Assembly (NCBI RefSeq): GCF_003704095.1
Contig: NW_020847584.1
Span: 62,001-126,000, forward strand
Length of the DNA stretch: 64,000 nucleotides
Reading direction: 5' to 3'
Origin: Pocillopora damicornis
Taxonomy: Eukaryota
Numbering within the stretch: position 1 is the stretch's first letter; the number at the start of each line of letters is the position of its first letter. Positions 14,382 to 26,816 of the stretch are shown piece after piece. The position numbers were made by a program, and so were the translations under genes. The notes beneath the pieces were generated by a model that was not told where the DNA came from, did no database searches, and saw only the letters and a list, made by a program, of their open reading frames with translations.

Positions 14382-15719
14382 TGAATACTCATTAGCACTT
14401 AATTGTGGAATCATGCAGTTAGTATTTCCACAGAAGAATTTGGTCTTTCGAGAAAAACCTGTTTCATTGCGATGTTTTTTGTCGTCGTCTAATGAGAAGG
14501 CTTCTAATGTACACATATTACAAACATAACAAGAATGGAAAATAATAGCACAGTGGTCAAACATCTAGACATAGGCGAGCGTTTTAATGGCTTTGAGGCT
14601 GTCTTAGCAAAGCTGTCTCCTAGGAGATACGAAAAACCGCACAAGCCAGTAAGTCACAGTGTTTTTTAAACCAATAAAGCTTAAAACAACATGATAAATC
14701 ATCAGAATATCTGTAATTGAGTGAACTTTGTGTTCAAAAAGTCTCCGGGTTTCCTTTTCTCTCTTTTTTTTTGCTTTACCAATCTCTATGAACGTTTGAG
14801 TTTTTCTTGATTTCTTATGACGGCAGTTGTTTCTTACATTTTCCTTTGAAATTTTGGCGCGGGAAAGTTTAGCGTGGCCAGCCACTTGCGTAATCACTTG
14901 TGCCTGCCCAACGTTTTACCGTCGCGACAAAACTTGAAAAGCACTATTTGTTTTGGTTGAGCACCAATAATTACAATGCTCTAGCGCCTAAAGAAACGGT
15001 CGACATGGAGGAAGTCTCGTAAATGAATTGACAAGGATGGCCGAGTTCAAGTAATGCATGACAAACTATTAGGCAAGTATGGTTGTCAGTTTGAACTGTC
15101 CATTCCACCGTTTTATTGTCCCTTACAGGGGAAAGATGAGGTTTCAATGGTTTCCAAATGGTTTTGTGGAAGTAAAAATATTAGAGTTTCATTTCCAAAT
15201 ACTTAAAGAAATCTGTAATAGAAAATTTTGTACTTCGGTGAATTTGTCGTGCCACCAACCTTAATAAGAAAGGAAAAGGTTGTGGAGCCAACGAGCTTAA
15301 GCCTCGGAGTGTTCGGCAAGGGCTTTAGTCAGAGGAAAATGCTTAAAGTTCAACTCGATTATAGTTGATGTTGCATTAGGCCTCTTACCAGTTTAAGCCT
15401 ACTGAAATGCTCCTGTTGGAAGAAAAGAGTGAAACAGAAAGTGAAGGATGAAATACTACCTAAATGCAAAGCAAGCTCATTGGAGAAACAGTTGCTCAAC
15501 ATTGGCTCGCTTTTGGTTTGAGAACATGAAATTTTGGCTGCCTAGAACATTATCCATGGAAAATATTATACTTTCTTTAGGTTTATGCATTTGACTGTTT
15601 CTCCATGTGTTAAAAATGTATAGACGACAACTTTCTTTTTTTCATGGGACTTCCTGGCGTCATGTTCCACAAGTAACGCTGATATAAAATTCCACTGAAA
15701 ATAATCAAGCAATTCATCA

Positions 15720-16936
15720 TCAACCATTTTAGCTAATTTGACCATTTTCATTGGTAGAACCATTTTATCTAGTTTGGTGTTGGACCATTTTACATGCTTG
15801 ACCATTTGGATTGGTTAGTTCATTTAAACCAGTTGGACCATTTTGTCTAGTTAAAGTATTTATATAATTGGAGCGTTTTGTTTGGTTAAAACTAATAGGA
15901 CTACTTTAACTAGTTGAAGCATTTATTCAAGTTAGACTATTTTATGTGGTTGGAGCATTTTATATGGTTAAACCGTTTTAACTGATGTGACCATTTTAAC
16001 AAATTGGGCTATTTCTACCAGTTTGATCATTTTATCAATCTAACCAATTCGACCATTTTAACCGGCTTAACAGTTTTATCTATTAAGACCATTTTAAAAG
16101 GTAGTACCATGTCAGCCTGTTGGAGCTAAATATCCACTTACCCCATTTTAACCAACTGGACCATTTCAAACAGTAAAACCATTTTATCTAGTTAGACCAT
16201 TTAATGTAGTTGTATCACCTTAACTAGTTCGACCACTTTAAGCTGTTGGATTTTTTTTCTAGCTATATTATTTTACGCAGTTGCACCATTTTTAACTGGT
16301 TTCTCCATATTAATAAATTGAGCCATTTAAACAAATTTCACCGTTTTATATAGTTGGGTCATTTTAATCAGTTGGCCCATTTGAACAAGATGTCCCATTT
16401 TATTTACTAAGACTATTTAGAACGGCTGAACCATTTTATCTGTTAAGATATTTTTTAATTGATTGGACTTCCTTAACCAGTTGGACCATATCATCTAGTT
16501 AGAAGGACGCATTATTACCACTAGTTGGAACCTCTTACTAGTTTGGCCATTTCAAGCGGTTGGATTATTTCAGCTTGTTACCACACTTTAATCAATTGGA
16601 GCATTTTAACGAGTTGGATCAGTTCGTCGCGTTGAAAAATTTTATGTGGTCGGACCATTTTATCCAGTTATGGTTCAATCATTATAACAAATTGGATTCT
16701 TTAAACAAGTTCGATTATTTTATCTAGTTACATTTGAATGGACCGGACCGTTTCAACAAGTTGGACCATTTAATTTTTTTTAACCAGTTGGAACATTTTA
16801 ATTGGTTTTTTGTATTTCAGCTGGTTGGATCAGTTTATATCTTTACATCATTCAATGCGATTGCATCATTATATTTAGCTAAACCGTTTTATCTAGTTAG
16901 ACCAGACCATTTCTACCACTAGTTGGACCATTTTAA
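15720..16936. repeat. Degenerate 18-bp tandem minisatellite, roughly 65 units
   Basis: The core GACCATTTT recurs with an 18-bp period; consensus GTTGGACCATTTTA(A/T)C(C/T)A. Confidence 0.9.
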
Positions 16937-16957
16937 TTGTTAAATCTCAATACAGGA

Positions 16958-17781
16958 ATCTTTAAGCTCTATGAAGACCTTTTCTTGACTTAAAGTGAGA
17001 GAGCAAACAGGGTGAGTGAAGGTATTCAATCTTAAGATCTTTTAAGAATCAGATGCATTGCTGGAGACAAGAAAACTTCAGCTGGAGGAGTCCTCAAGGA
17101 GAACAAGCTCAATTATATTTATGAGATAAGTTTAGCATTACAATAGATCATGAAATTTTGAAAGATCATGGAGTCCTCTTTCTAAGAGTACCTCCTGATG
17201 AACTTGTTTTTGAGCTCAGGCTTGCACCCGCGCCAATATTGTAATATGAAGTTATTCAAGGCCCATAACTTGCCGAGGAAGCGAGATAAAATTACTTGAA
17301 TAGAAGGGAGTTCAGGTATGAGCATGTAACTCGCAACAAGACACTCTCAGTATCGAAAGGATCTGACGCGATCATCGACAAAAGTATCAATGCTCCGAGG
17401 AGATCAATGAAAAGGCTCCCCCAATTCTATGAGACATGCGCAGTTGGTGAGAGAAAGAGAGTGAAAAGACATTGAATCTTGACGTCACTGAAGTGAACAT
17501 GGTTGTGAATGGAATTCGAAATAAGGTATTCAGTCAAGGAACGAAAGGGAGGGATCTTTGGAAAGAAGTGTATAGAAGAATTGAGAAGAAAAACAGCGCT
17601 CAGTCTCGGAAGCATGAAAGACAGTGACCTTCACGATTCAGGATTGAGACTGGTAAATACGAAAGAGGGAGTTCAGCTTAGTAGGAAGGGGTCAGTTTCA
17701 GGGAATGTGAAATGCCACATCTTTATCCTCTCAGTCACTCAGTTCATCGTCGTGAACAGAGAACTGAAGAGTGTTACTTGA
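16958..17781 (+). pseudogene. Decayed major capsid protein-like ORF of a Polinton/Maverick-like virus
   Basis: Reading through stops and frameshifts: IFKLYEDLFLT*SERANRVSEGIQS*DLLRIRCIAGDKKTS..ENKLN..IDHEILKDHGV..DELVFELRLAPA..YEHVT.NKTLSVSKGSDAIIDKSINAPRRSMK..SEKTLNLDVTEVNMVVNGIRNKVFSQG..DLWKEV..SMKDSDLHDSGLRLVNTKEGVQL..SGNVKCHIFILS..RELKSVT. Resembles a recalled coral multicopy family. Capsid identity is inferred and supported by the adjacent ATPase. Confidence 0.65.
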
Positions 17782-17803
17782 TAAAACATGAGATGAAAAA
17801 TAA

Positions 17804-17899
17804 TTGAATCCTGAGAATATACCATTAAATGCATTGATAGTTGGACCGGCAAATTCAGGAAAGACGAGACACTTGGTAAATTTACTAACCACTACATTT
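17804..17899 (+). pseudogene. N-terminal fragment of a P-loop ATPase, probably an A32/FtsK-HerA-type DNA packaging ATPase
   Basis: LNPENIPLNALIVGPANSGKTRHLVNLLTTTF: hydrophobic strand plus Walker A GxxxxGKT (17843-17866), starting ~20 bp after the capsid-like stop. No in-frame ATG and truncated. Confidence 0.7.
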
Positions 17900-19029
17900 C
17901 CGCCTATGGAAATTATGGTGGGTGAGACATGGGGTAACCTAGCGACACATGGCAGTTAGAAGTATAAAGTTTTCATAGTGAGTGACCTGGGAAAATTAAA
18001 GACGAGCCAGTAACCCCAATTTTTTACCTATCCCCATAAACCCCATAAACTCACCGCTGCAAAAGAACAACCACTGTAGCGAGATAAATTTGTTTTTATC
18101 CAAAATTAGATCAACTTTTCAGGTCGATATTGCGAGTGTTTATTCCTTATATTTCGCCTACTGTACAACGTAAACGAATTTCTATATTTGGGGCGGCTCA
18201 CTGTGCGAGCCTGGGTTACCTGTGGGGATATCCAAAGCACGAATGATTTTCATTTCATCTGTGTTGTCACTGAACCTTGGACTCACGCATGAATGGAAAA
18301 CAAACCAACACAAGAAAATTACTTTTAATTAGTATTGGCCACAATACAATTTCATTTTCTCCCATCAACGAAGACCTCCTCGCCATTCGTGAAATATTAA
18401 AGTTACCCATTTTGTTTCGTAAATTGTTGACCTAATCTAAAAACTTTGAATCATCTCTAGTTTTTAGGAGTCTGCCATCTTCACCAGTAAATATGACTGA
18501 ACACAAGCAAAAATGAATTTAACGTGAAACATTTTGATTTGTACGACTCGCATAACACCAAGGAAAATTTGAGCCCTGAAACAAAATATCCTGATTACTA
18601 AAGCAGAGTTAAGAATCTTGTAGCCCATATGAAAAACTCGGGCTCATCGCTGTATTCATACACTTAAAAACCTCAATGCGGTTCGCCTACGGCCTCGTGC
18701 TTTCATTGTTTTCTCTGTGTCTAGATCTGTGTTGTTACTGGACCTTGGACTCACGCACTCGTTGTTGAAAAATTATATCAAGGATGGTGTAGATTAACGA
18801 GTTATGCCGTAGTTGTTATTTTTCTAATTTTTTCTGTTAGAATCCTCTCGAAAACACTGTCTTCTTCTGATCGGGTGCAGCATTTATTGCAGGACCACGT
18901 ATAATCGAGTAAAACGATAACTAGCTTGGAAGAACAAAGAACAAAGACTCATGTGAAAAATAGCTAGTATTTGAAAGAAGGAATTCTTCTTCTAAGGTGT
19001 TGGAATAACTGGTCACGTTCCAAGCTTTA

Positions 19030-22000
19030 TTATACCTTGCTCTCAACACTATTTATATTATCCAATGCATCCCGCAGGCGTTCCGTTTCAACGCACAGAA
19101 ATTGTTCAGCAGAGTCGAAGATGTAGGTGTCTCCGTGTAGGTCACTCCATTTTTCCCTAGCTGCATCTTTTGACGACTTGTTAAGTTGGTACCGGAAATG
19201 AGGTCTCTCTTCAAGTATGATTTCCCGTAGAAGTTCAGTCACTCTGCGTAAATCAAAGTTTTTCACAGACCTTTGTCTCCTCATTTTCGCTGAACATGAA
19301 TCTTGATACTTTTTGGTGTGGTCATCAGCATTTTCCATTTTAGACCGGATAGAAACTTGTATCGTTTGGGCCGTCTTCTCTTCACCTTTTATCATACTTG
19401 TTTCAACAATTGAGCAACTACAACGATGAATTGATGCAAAATCAATAATCAAGTATATCAGTGAAAGGGAATGTCAACACAACAAGCGAAATAATTGAGT
19501 TTCCATTCCAGCTTTAGAAGGGTCAATACTTCTAATATATACATTATGAAATAGATATGTAAATAGATACACATCTATTCAACATATATATCGCGTATTT
19601 ATTACTCAAAAAAGAATGTGTCACGTCTTCTAAGAGAGAGACATGGTGGTACCTTTAGAAAACCCGAAAGGCTAACGCTGTACAAAGTGAAAGAAGAACG
19701 GAACAAGGCGATTCTCGTTGAACACCAGGGTCTAAAACTGGGAAATAAGTACATTTTAATTAAGTTGATTGCTTTTTCGTGGCCTTTATTAAATTCAGTG
19801 TTTTCACTGAATTCAGATTATTTGAAGAAACAAACAATCATCCATTTCGCAAAAGGGGTTCCTTGGGTTACAAGCTAGGAAATTTCGGTTACTTTCATAT
19901 CAATGATTAAAGGAAAACACGCAAAGCACGCAAAAGCGATGACACTTCTTCTCGAGCAAGCAAAGATTTGCCATGGTTTGAAGAGGTGTCTAATAGTTTC
20001 GCTCCAACGGAACCGTTTCGTCACAGGTTATTTTAGTATAAAACGTAGTCGATTCGCTTTAAATCAAAAGTCGTTTCCTTACAAACTCATTTGCTTGTTT
20101 TCGTATATCTCGAGATATGGGAATAGCATCGAAATGAAGGCATCAGAAACTTATCACAATTCAATTAATCCCTATATCTCCAAGGTGTATTAGTTTGGGG
20201 TGGTGTGTATAAGCCACAAACAAAGAAAATTGAGGTAAACCAAAACCATGTTGGAAGGTTAATATATTTGCTAAAATAAAGACAGCTAAACAAAATCTTT
20301 ACAAGCCCGGAGTTAGAGCTGATGTGGGTTTGCCTTTTCGTAACAAACAAAACGTTATCTATCGTCAAAACAAAGAAGAAAGTAATTCCTCTCAACGTTT
20401 AACACGGCATCATATTACATGACGTTGTAGTTACTGGTATTCTTTCTCTTTCTCTTGTTTTTTTCCCGTTGTATTTTAGATCTCAAACTGTGCGGAAAGC
20501 TAACAAAGAAACCAACTAGTTCACCTAACTTTCCAGCTTGCACTGTAATTTCATTTCTAATTTCAATGCTTAAGTGTAACTACAAAAAACTTTTATAGGA
20601 GGTTAGCATTAACTTAAATTAGTGTCAAACACATTTAAGACAGCAGGCTGAATAACATTGTGGTGTTGGCAGGGTACGCCGAATGCACAACGCTTGGTAC
20701 GTTTCGTTTGAATGCAACCTTTACAGATTGCATGAGTTTCAGACACAACCAGATGTTTAGGCGCGTGACAGGAAAGAACAAAAGTTTGTTTTAAATAAGT
20801 TCAAGTTCGAATCACGTAAGTTTTCAGTAAAACAACTTTTTCATTCGTAGCGAATCGAGTTCCATTCGTAGAAAAACAACTTACAGCGTTGTGCCAAAAC
20901 ACATACCAACTTCATGATACTCTTCGGTGAGTTTCTATAACCTTATTTCTGTGACTTTAAAATACCTGGTATTCCCCTGACAGATGTACAGCTCAGCCTC
21001 TCAACATATTAAGATTTATGATTTTATTTCTACTCTTTTCAACACTGCTCTGCTCCATTCATGGCATTTGCGGTTAAGCCATGAACTTACTAATCAAAGA
21101 GCTTCTATAAACTTACCGGATGTTGAATGCAAGACATTCTGGAGCAATACTTTCCATGAACCCTTCAAGGGCAAATTTCGAGGCACAGTAGAGACCGTGA
21201 AAAGGGACACCAAGCACTCCTGCTTGATTGCTTACAATGATGAGTCGACCATCTCGCTGCTTTTTCATCATCGGAAGAACGGCCTTTATAATGCTGATCA
21301 CAAAAAACGTATTCACATCAAATATTGTCTTGGCCTGGTCAGTAGTATGTGTCTCTATTTGACCGCTTAGAAGGACGTTTGACGTAATGACTGAAAGTAA
21401 AGCCGGATACAATTTTCAGTTTGCTATCAAAGAAAGCCTGTCGATCGATATAGCACTGTTTCTCACCATCCATAACCAAAACAAAACTTTAAATTGATTG
21501 TTTATTTACTGTTTTCGGGCCTGTTTGCCTCTAATCATTTGGGATATATCATCCTGTTTCCGAGTTAATACTTAGCCTGAATATTGGCCCGATTCATTTG
21601 CGAAATTCAATAGCTTGATTACCGCGCTGGAGAAAAAGAAAGACAAAAAGAGAACAATGGATTTGACCGTTCTCTTGGGAAATTTTCTACCCAGGTTTTC
21701 CAAGATCTCGCTAACCAAAGAAAAAAGTGGTGAGGCGAGATCTCGAAAACCGACCCAACTCGGCTCTCAGGGTGTTGAGTTGTATTAAGTTTGTGAATGT
21801 ATTTGGAACTACAATTTTCTCTTCTAAATACCTGAAATCTTTGCTTCAACTTATTTGTGACGTCCACGTTTCAGAAAACTAAATCTAAGATTCCTAAATA
21901 TGATGACTCAACTTTTACGATTAGATCCATTAACGACTAAAGGAACTTAGGGAAAGTGCTGAAGAAAACAAAGCATCCAAAAGTTTTAAAAAATTGGACT

Positions 22001-24161
22001 AATTAACAGTGAGTTTCGGCAAACCTTCTTAGCTAACCTTAATCTCAATTTAATCATAGTAACATGTACGCCCATCAACTGATAGATATCATTCATGTAT
22101 TTACATCTTTTACTCACTGCAGTATTATTAAATAATATCACTTTATTATTCCACTACTACGCCTTTTTACCATACCAGGGCAACGGAAAGCGCAAAGCCA
22201 CCCCCTGAAACAAATTAAATTGATTCATTACTTGACTGATTGATATCCCTTCCCAAAGCATGTTTCCTTTGTTCATGAACGCGTAACGCGCGCCAAACGT
22301 GTTTCGAGACCCGCTTGACGTGGACAACGGGGACACGTTAGTGGACTCAGCTCGTTATGGGAGTTGCGTTCAGCTTTTGAAACTTTTTAGTAGCAAATTT
22401 ATTGCTTGTTTTCCTTAGGAATTTATGACTTTTCGCAGACTTTGTTCACAGCCAAATGTTGTACTTGATTTGATGCATTTATTACATCTTTATCAACGGA
22501 ATTTAGATTCTAGTGTCTTCATCGGACAAGAATTTTCTTCCAGGGATAGATGAAGCATAATTTACTTGATAAGCAACCGTCGTCAGTTGGGGGAAATTTT
22601 GAATACAATGTACTTGGTTTGCTTGGCTTTGTCCAACAGGGCGCATAGTTTCAAATAAATCAAAACATCCTAAAATCACGAAGGAAATCCACTGAGACGC
22701 ACGCAAACATTTAATAGAAAAGAAGCCTATCATGGCTCTCCCACCTGACTGAGGGGGTGACAACACAGACTTACTAGGTCTATTAGTAATAATAGAAGTA
22801 ATAGTAAATCATAATAATAATAGGCCTCGAAGCCATCCCTCATCGAGAAAGGACAGAAACAACTCCTAAACAGATTCGAAAGATCGTCTGACTCGGAAGT
22901 TGTCCGAGAATCGACTAACCTTTCAGAAACTGTTTAGAACAAGGACAGGTCTCGACACAAATAGCCGCTGAAGATCCACCCTATGGTGACTATAGTATTC
23001 TGCTTACATCTTATATGGCAACTCGGACTAACTTAGTTCACTTCGTATCCACCATAAGCAGCGACACGATCCAAGACAACAAGGTCATAGTGTCTCTCGA
23101 CACAGAGTCTATCTGGAAATAACTGAAAGATCATTTCATCGCAATAATCCAATTACAGCCTTAGAAAACCAACCTAGAGCATTGAAAATCGGGCTTTAAT
23201 AATCGTCACAATTAAAAGAACGGACCCATCTCTTGACTCATGAAATGTGTTTAACTTCTCGCGAGATAATTCCAACATGTTAATCCACGACCTCATGACT
23301 AGGTGACTCAGCCGATAAACAGCATTGATTAGTTACTAAGTTTTATACAATACTTTCTCATGGGAAAAGCGATTGAATTTGACACACAGTTCTAGGACAC
23401 CACTTTCGTCCGATGTTTTAGAAAGAGTCAAAGAAGTGACTGCCCGAGGATTCCACAAATTGATAACAGACTTCTCAATAATGAAACGCGTGATCTCTGG
23501 AGACAATTTTACAACCGGAAATGTGAGAATGCCACATTTTTTTTTAAGTTACACCGAAAACCCGCAAAAGCTTTTTAAGTAGGTGGGAAATATATTTACC
23601 AAAAGAAAAACACTCTGTCGACAGAACTGGTGAGTTTGCTGCAGCTCGAATACACGCACAGTTGTATCAAATTGTCACGTAAGGTCTTCTCATTGCACAC
23701 AGAAAAATGTGTAACGACTCGCAAACCATTGACAGCGGAAAAACGTGAAAGAATGATAACAAAGATTCGCACGTTCTTCTAACTATGCAGATTGTAGCAT
23801 AGTCAAAATAAGAAAAGTATGCGCGATTTACCACCAGTAAACACCATATACACTCACCGACAGCATCAATAAATCCATCATTATCCATGATCTCTCGAAG
23901 GACTCCTTTGATCGACTCCTCCGACTCGAAATCCATTGGGAGGACAAACAGCGTCTTATTGAGCACATTCAATACCCGTGGATCTTCTAAATATTCACTA
24001 CTTGAGAGAGATGGTATTGTGACCAAAACTTTGAAACTCGAAAGCGGATCTTCAGCCAACGGCAGAGCAATCGCTAGATTCATTCTGTGTGAGTGTCCTG
24101 TAAAGAGAACAATTTTTGGAGCAGCAGCCTCTTGTTCAATTTGAACACTCTTCCTGATCGA
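19030..24161 (-). CDS. Short-chain dehydrogenase/reductase, RDH8/17beta-HSD1-like; start lies in or beyond the assembly gap
   Basis: Exons >24161-23858, 21390-21117 and 19417-19030 join in phase. IFDVNTF, KAVLPMMKKQRDGRLIIVS, YCASKFALEGFMESIA (YxxxK) and C-terminal RPHFRYQ align to RDH8-type SDRs. Confidence 0.85.
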
Positions 24162-24261
24162 NNNNNNNNNNNNNNNNNNNNNNNNNNNNNNNNNNNNNNN
24201 NNNNNNNNNNNNNNNNNNNNNNNNNNNNNNNNNNNNNNNNNNNNNNNNNNNNNNNNNNNNN
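24162..24261. other. Assembly gap (100 N)
   Basis: Run of N bases; true length unknown. Confidence 1.
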
Positions 24262-24500
24262 AATCAACATTCCAGAAACTTGGATACCCGCCATCAAACA
24301 ACACAACAGCCAATTTATGAGGACCTATGAGGAAACACCATCTAACAACCAGAATAATAATGAGGATCAAAATGCACCAATAGCAGCATACCAACATGCT
24401 AAATAGCGACAAGTAAACAATCAACCTCATCGCCTGATGAAGACTAGCAGTATTGCAGTTGAAACGTTGTGATCAACATCAAAAGTGACTTTATCATGAA
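24262..24500 (+). mobile_element. 3' end / pseudo-LTR of a Penelope-like retroelement
   Basis: Translates as INIPETWIPAIKQHNSQFMRTYEETPSNNQNNNEDQNAPIAAYQHAK*, resembling the recalled C-terminal tail of cnidarian Penelope-like ORFs. It is followed by a hammerhead motif, a hallmark of PLE termini, and abuts the gap. Confidence 0.7.
24429..24473 (+). ncRNA. Minimal type I hammerhead ribozyme
   Basis: Stem I ATCGC/GTGAT; core CTGATGA; one inserted A; stem II GACT/AGTT; GAAAC; GTT cleavage triplet (predicted cut after 24468). Confidence 0.7.
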
Positions 24501-24881
24501 ACAAATGAAAAAAGTTTATCTCCTACCCAATAGCAACCTACTTATTTTAGAAAATAATATTCAGCTCTTGTGGAAACAGCAGGAAAGGCCAAGCTCTTCC
24601 TCAATAACAAAAATTTTCAGTAAATTTTAGCTTATTTTGTTTTGAAAATTTTGTTTTCACTTGAATCTGTATGGACTGAAATCTTTAATTCCAGATTATA
24701 CATCTAGTAGTTGTAGGAGGCTAAATCAAGTGGAGCTGTTGTAACTTTGTGGACCATGAAAAAACAGACAGCTGCATTAAGAGCCAACCGTCTAAGTTAC
24801 ACAAAACATACTTCAAAAAGTGATACTGAGATTTACACAAGGTTGACCATCTAAGTTTATTATGCCACAACAAAGTGGTTA

Positions 24882-26522
<1,641 letters not shown>

Positions 26523-26816
26523 GCTTTGGATGCTTCGTGAATTTCATTGTCGAGCCTAGGATCATTTTGGCTCCTTGTCAGCGGTATGATCACACAATTC
26601 ATGTAATGGACACGTAATGACATAACACGGTGACCATACCGCTGACAAAGAACCAGTATTGTTTCTATCAAAAGTGCGCATGCGTTAGTCTAGAGATCAA
26701 TTAAATAAGGTAAAAACAATGAGTTTGAAGACAAAGTTGAAACATTAGTCAAAATATTCTGAAGAAGAGCTTCTTTTGAAGTATTTTAGCTAACCCTCAG
26801 TTGGTTGTTTCTAAAA
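26523..26816. promoter_or_regulatory. Bidirectional promoter RWDD4/EIF4E2 with a 27-bp inverted repeat and an NRF1-like site
   Basis: 294 bp between divergent ATGs. Inverted arms 26567-26593 and 26630-26656 match at 23/27 positions; TGCGCATGCG at 26675-26684. Confidence 0.65.

Noticed and set aside
14990-15560. Coding-like stretch upstream of the minisatellite
   Set aside because: No frame gave a recognizable motif, so no call can be supported.
15566-16922. ORFs inside the minisatellite, or a collagen-like Gly-X-Y reading
   Set aside because: The ORFs are by-products of the 6-codon period, and the Gly-X-Y frame has TAA in the consensus.
15720-16936. CRISPR-like array next to viral sequence
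   Set aside because: The period is only 18 bp, there are no unique spacers, units are degenerate copies of one monomer, there are no cas genes, and the context is eukaryotic.
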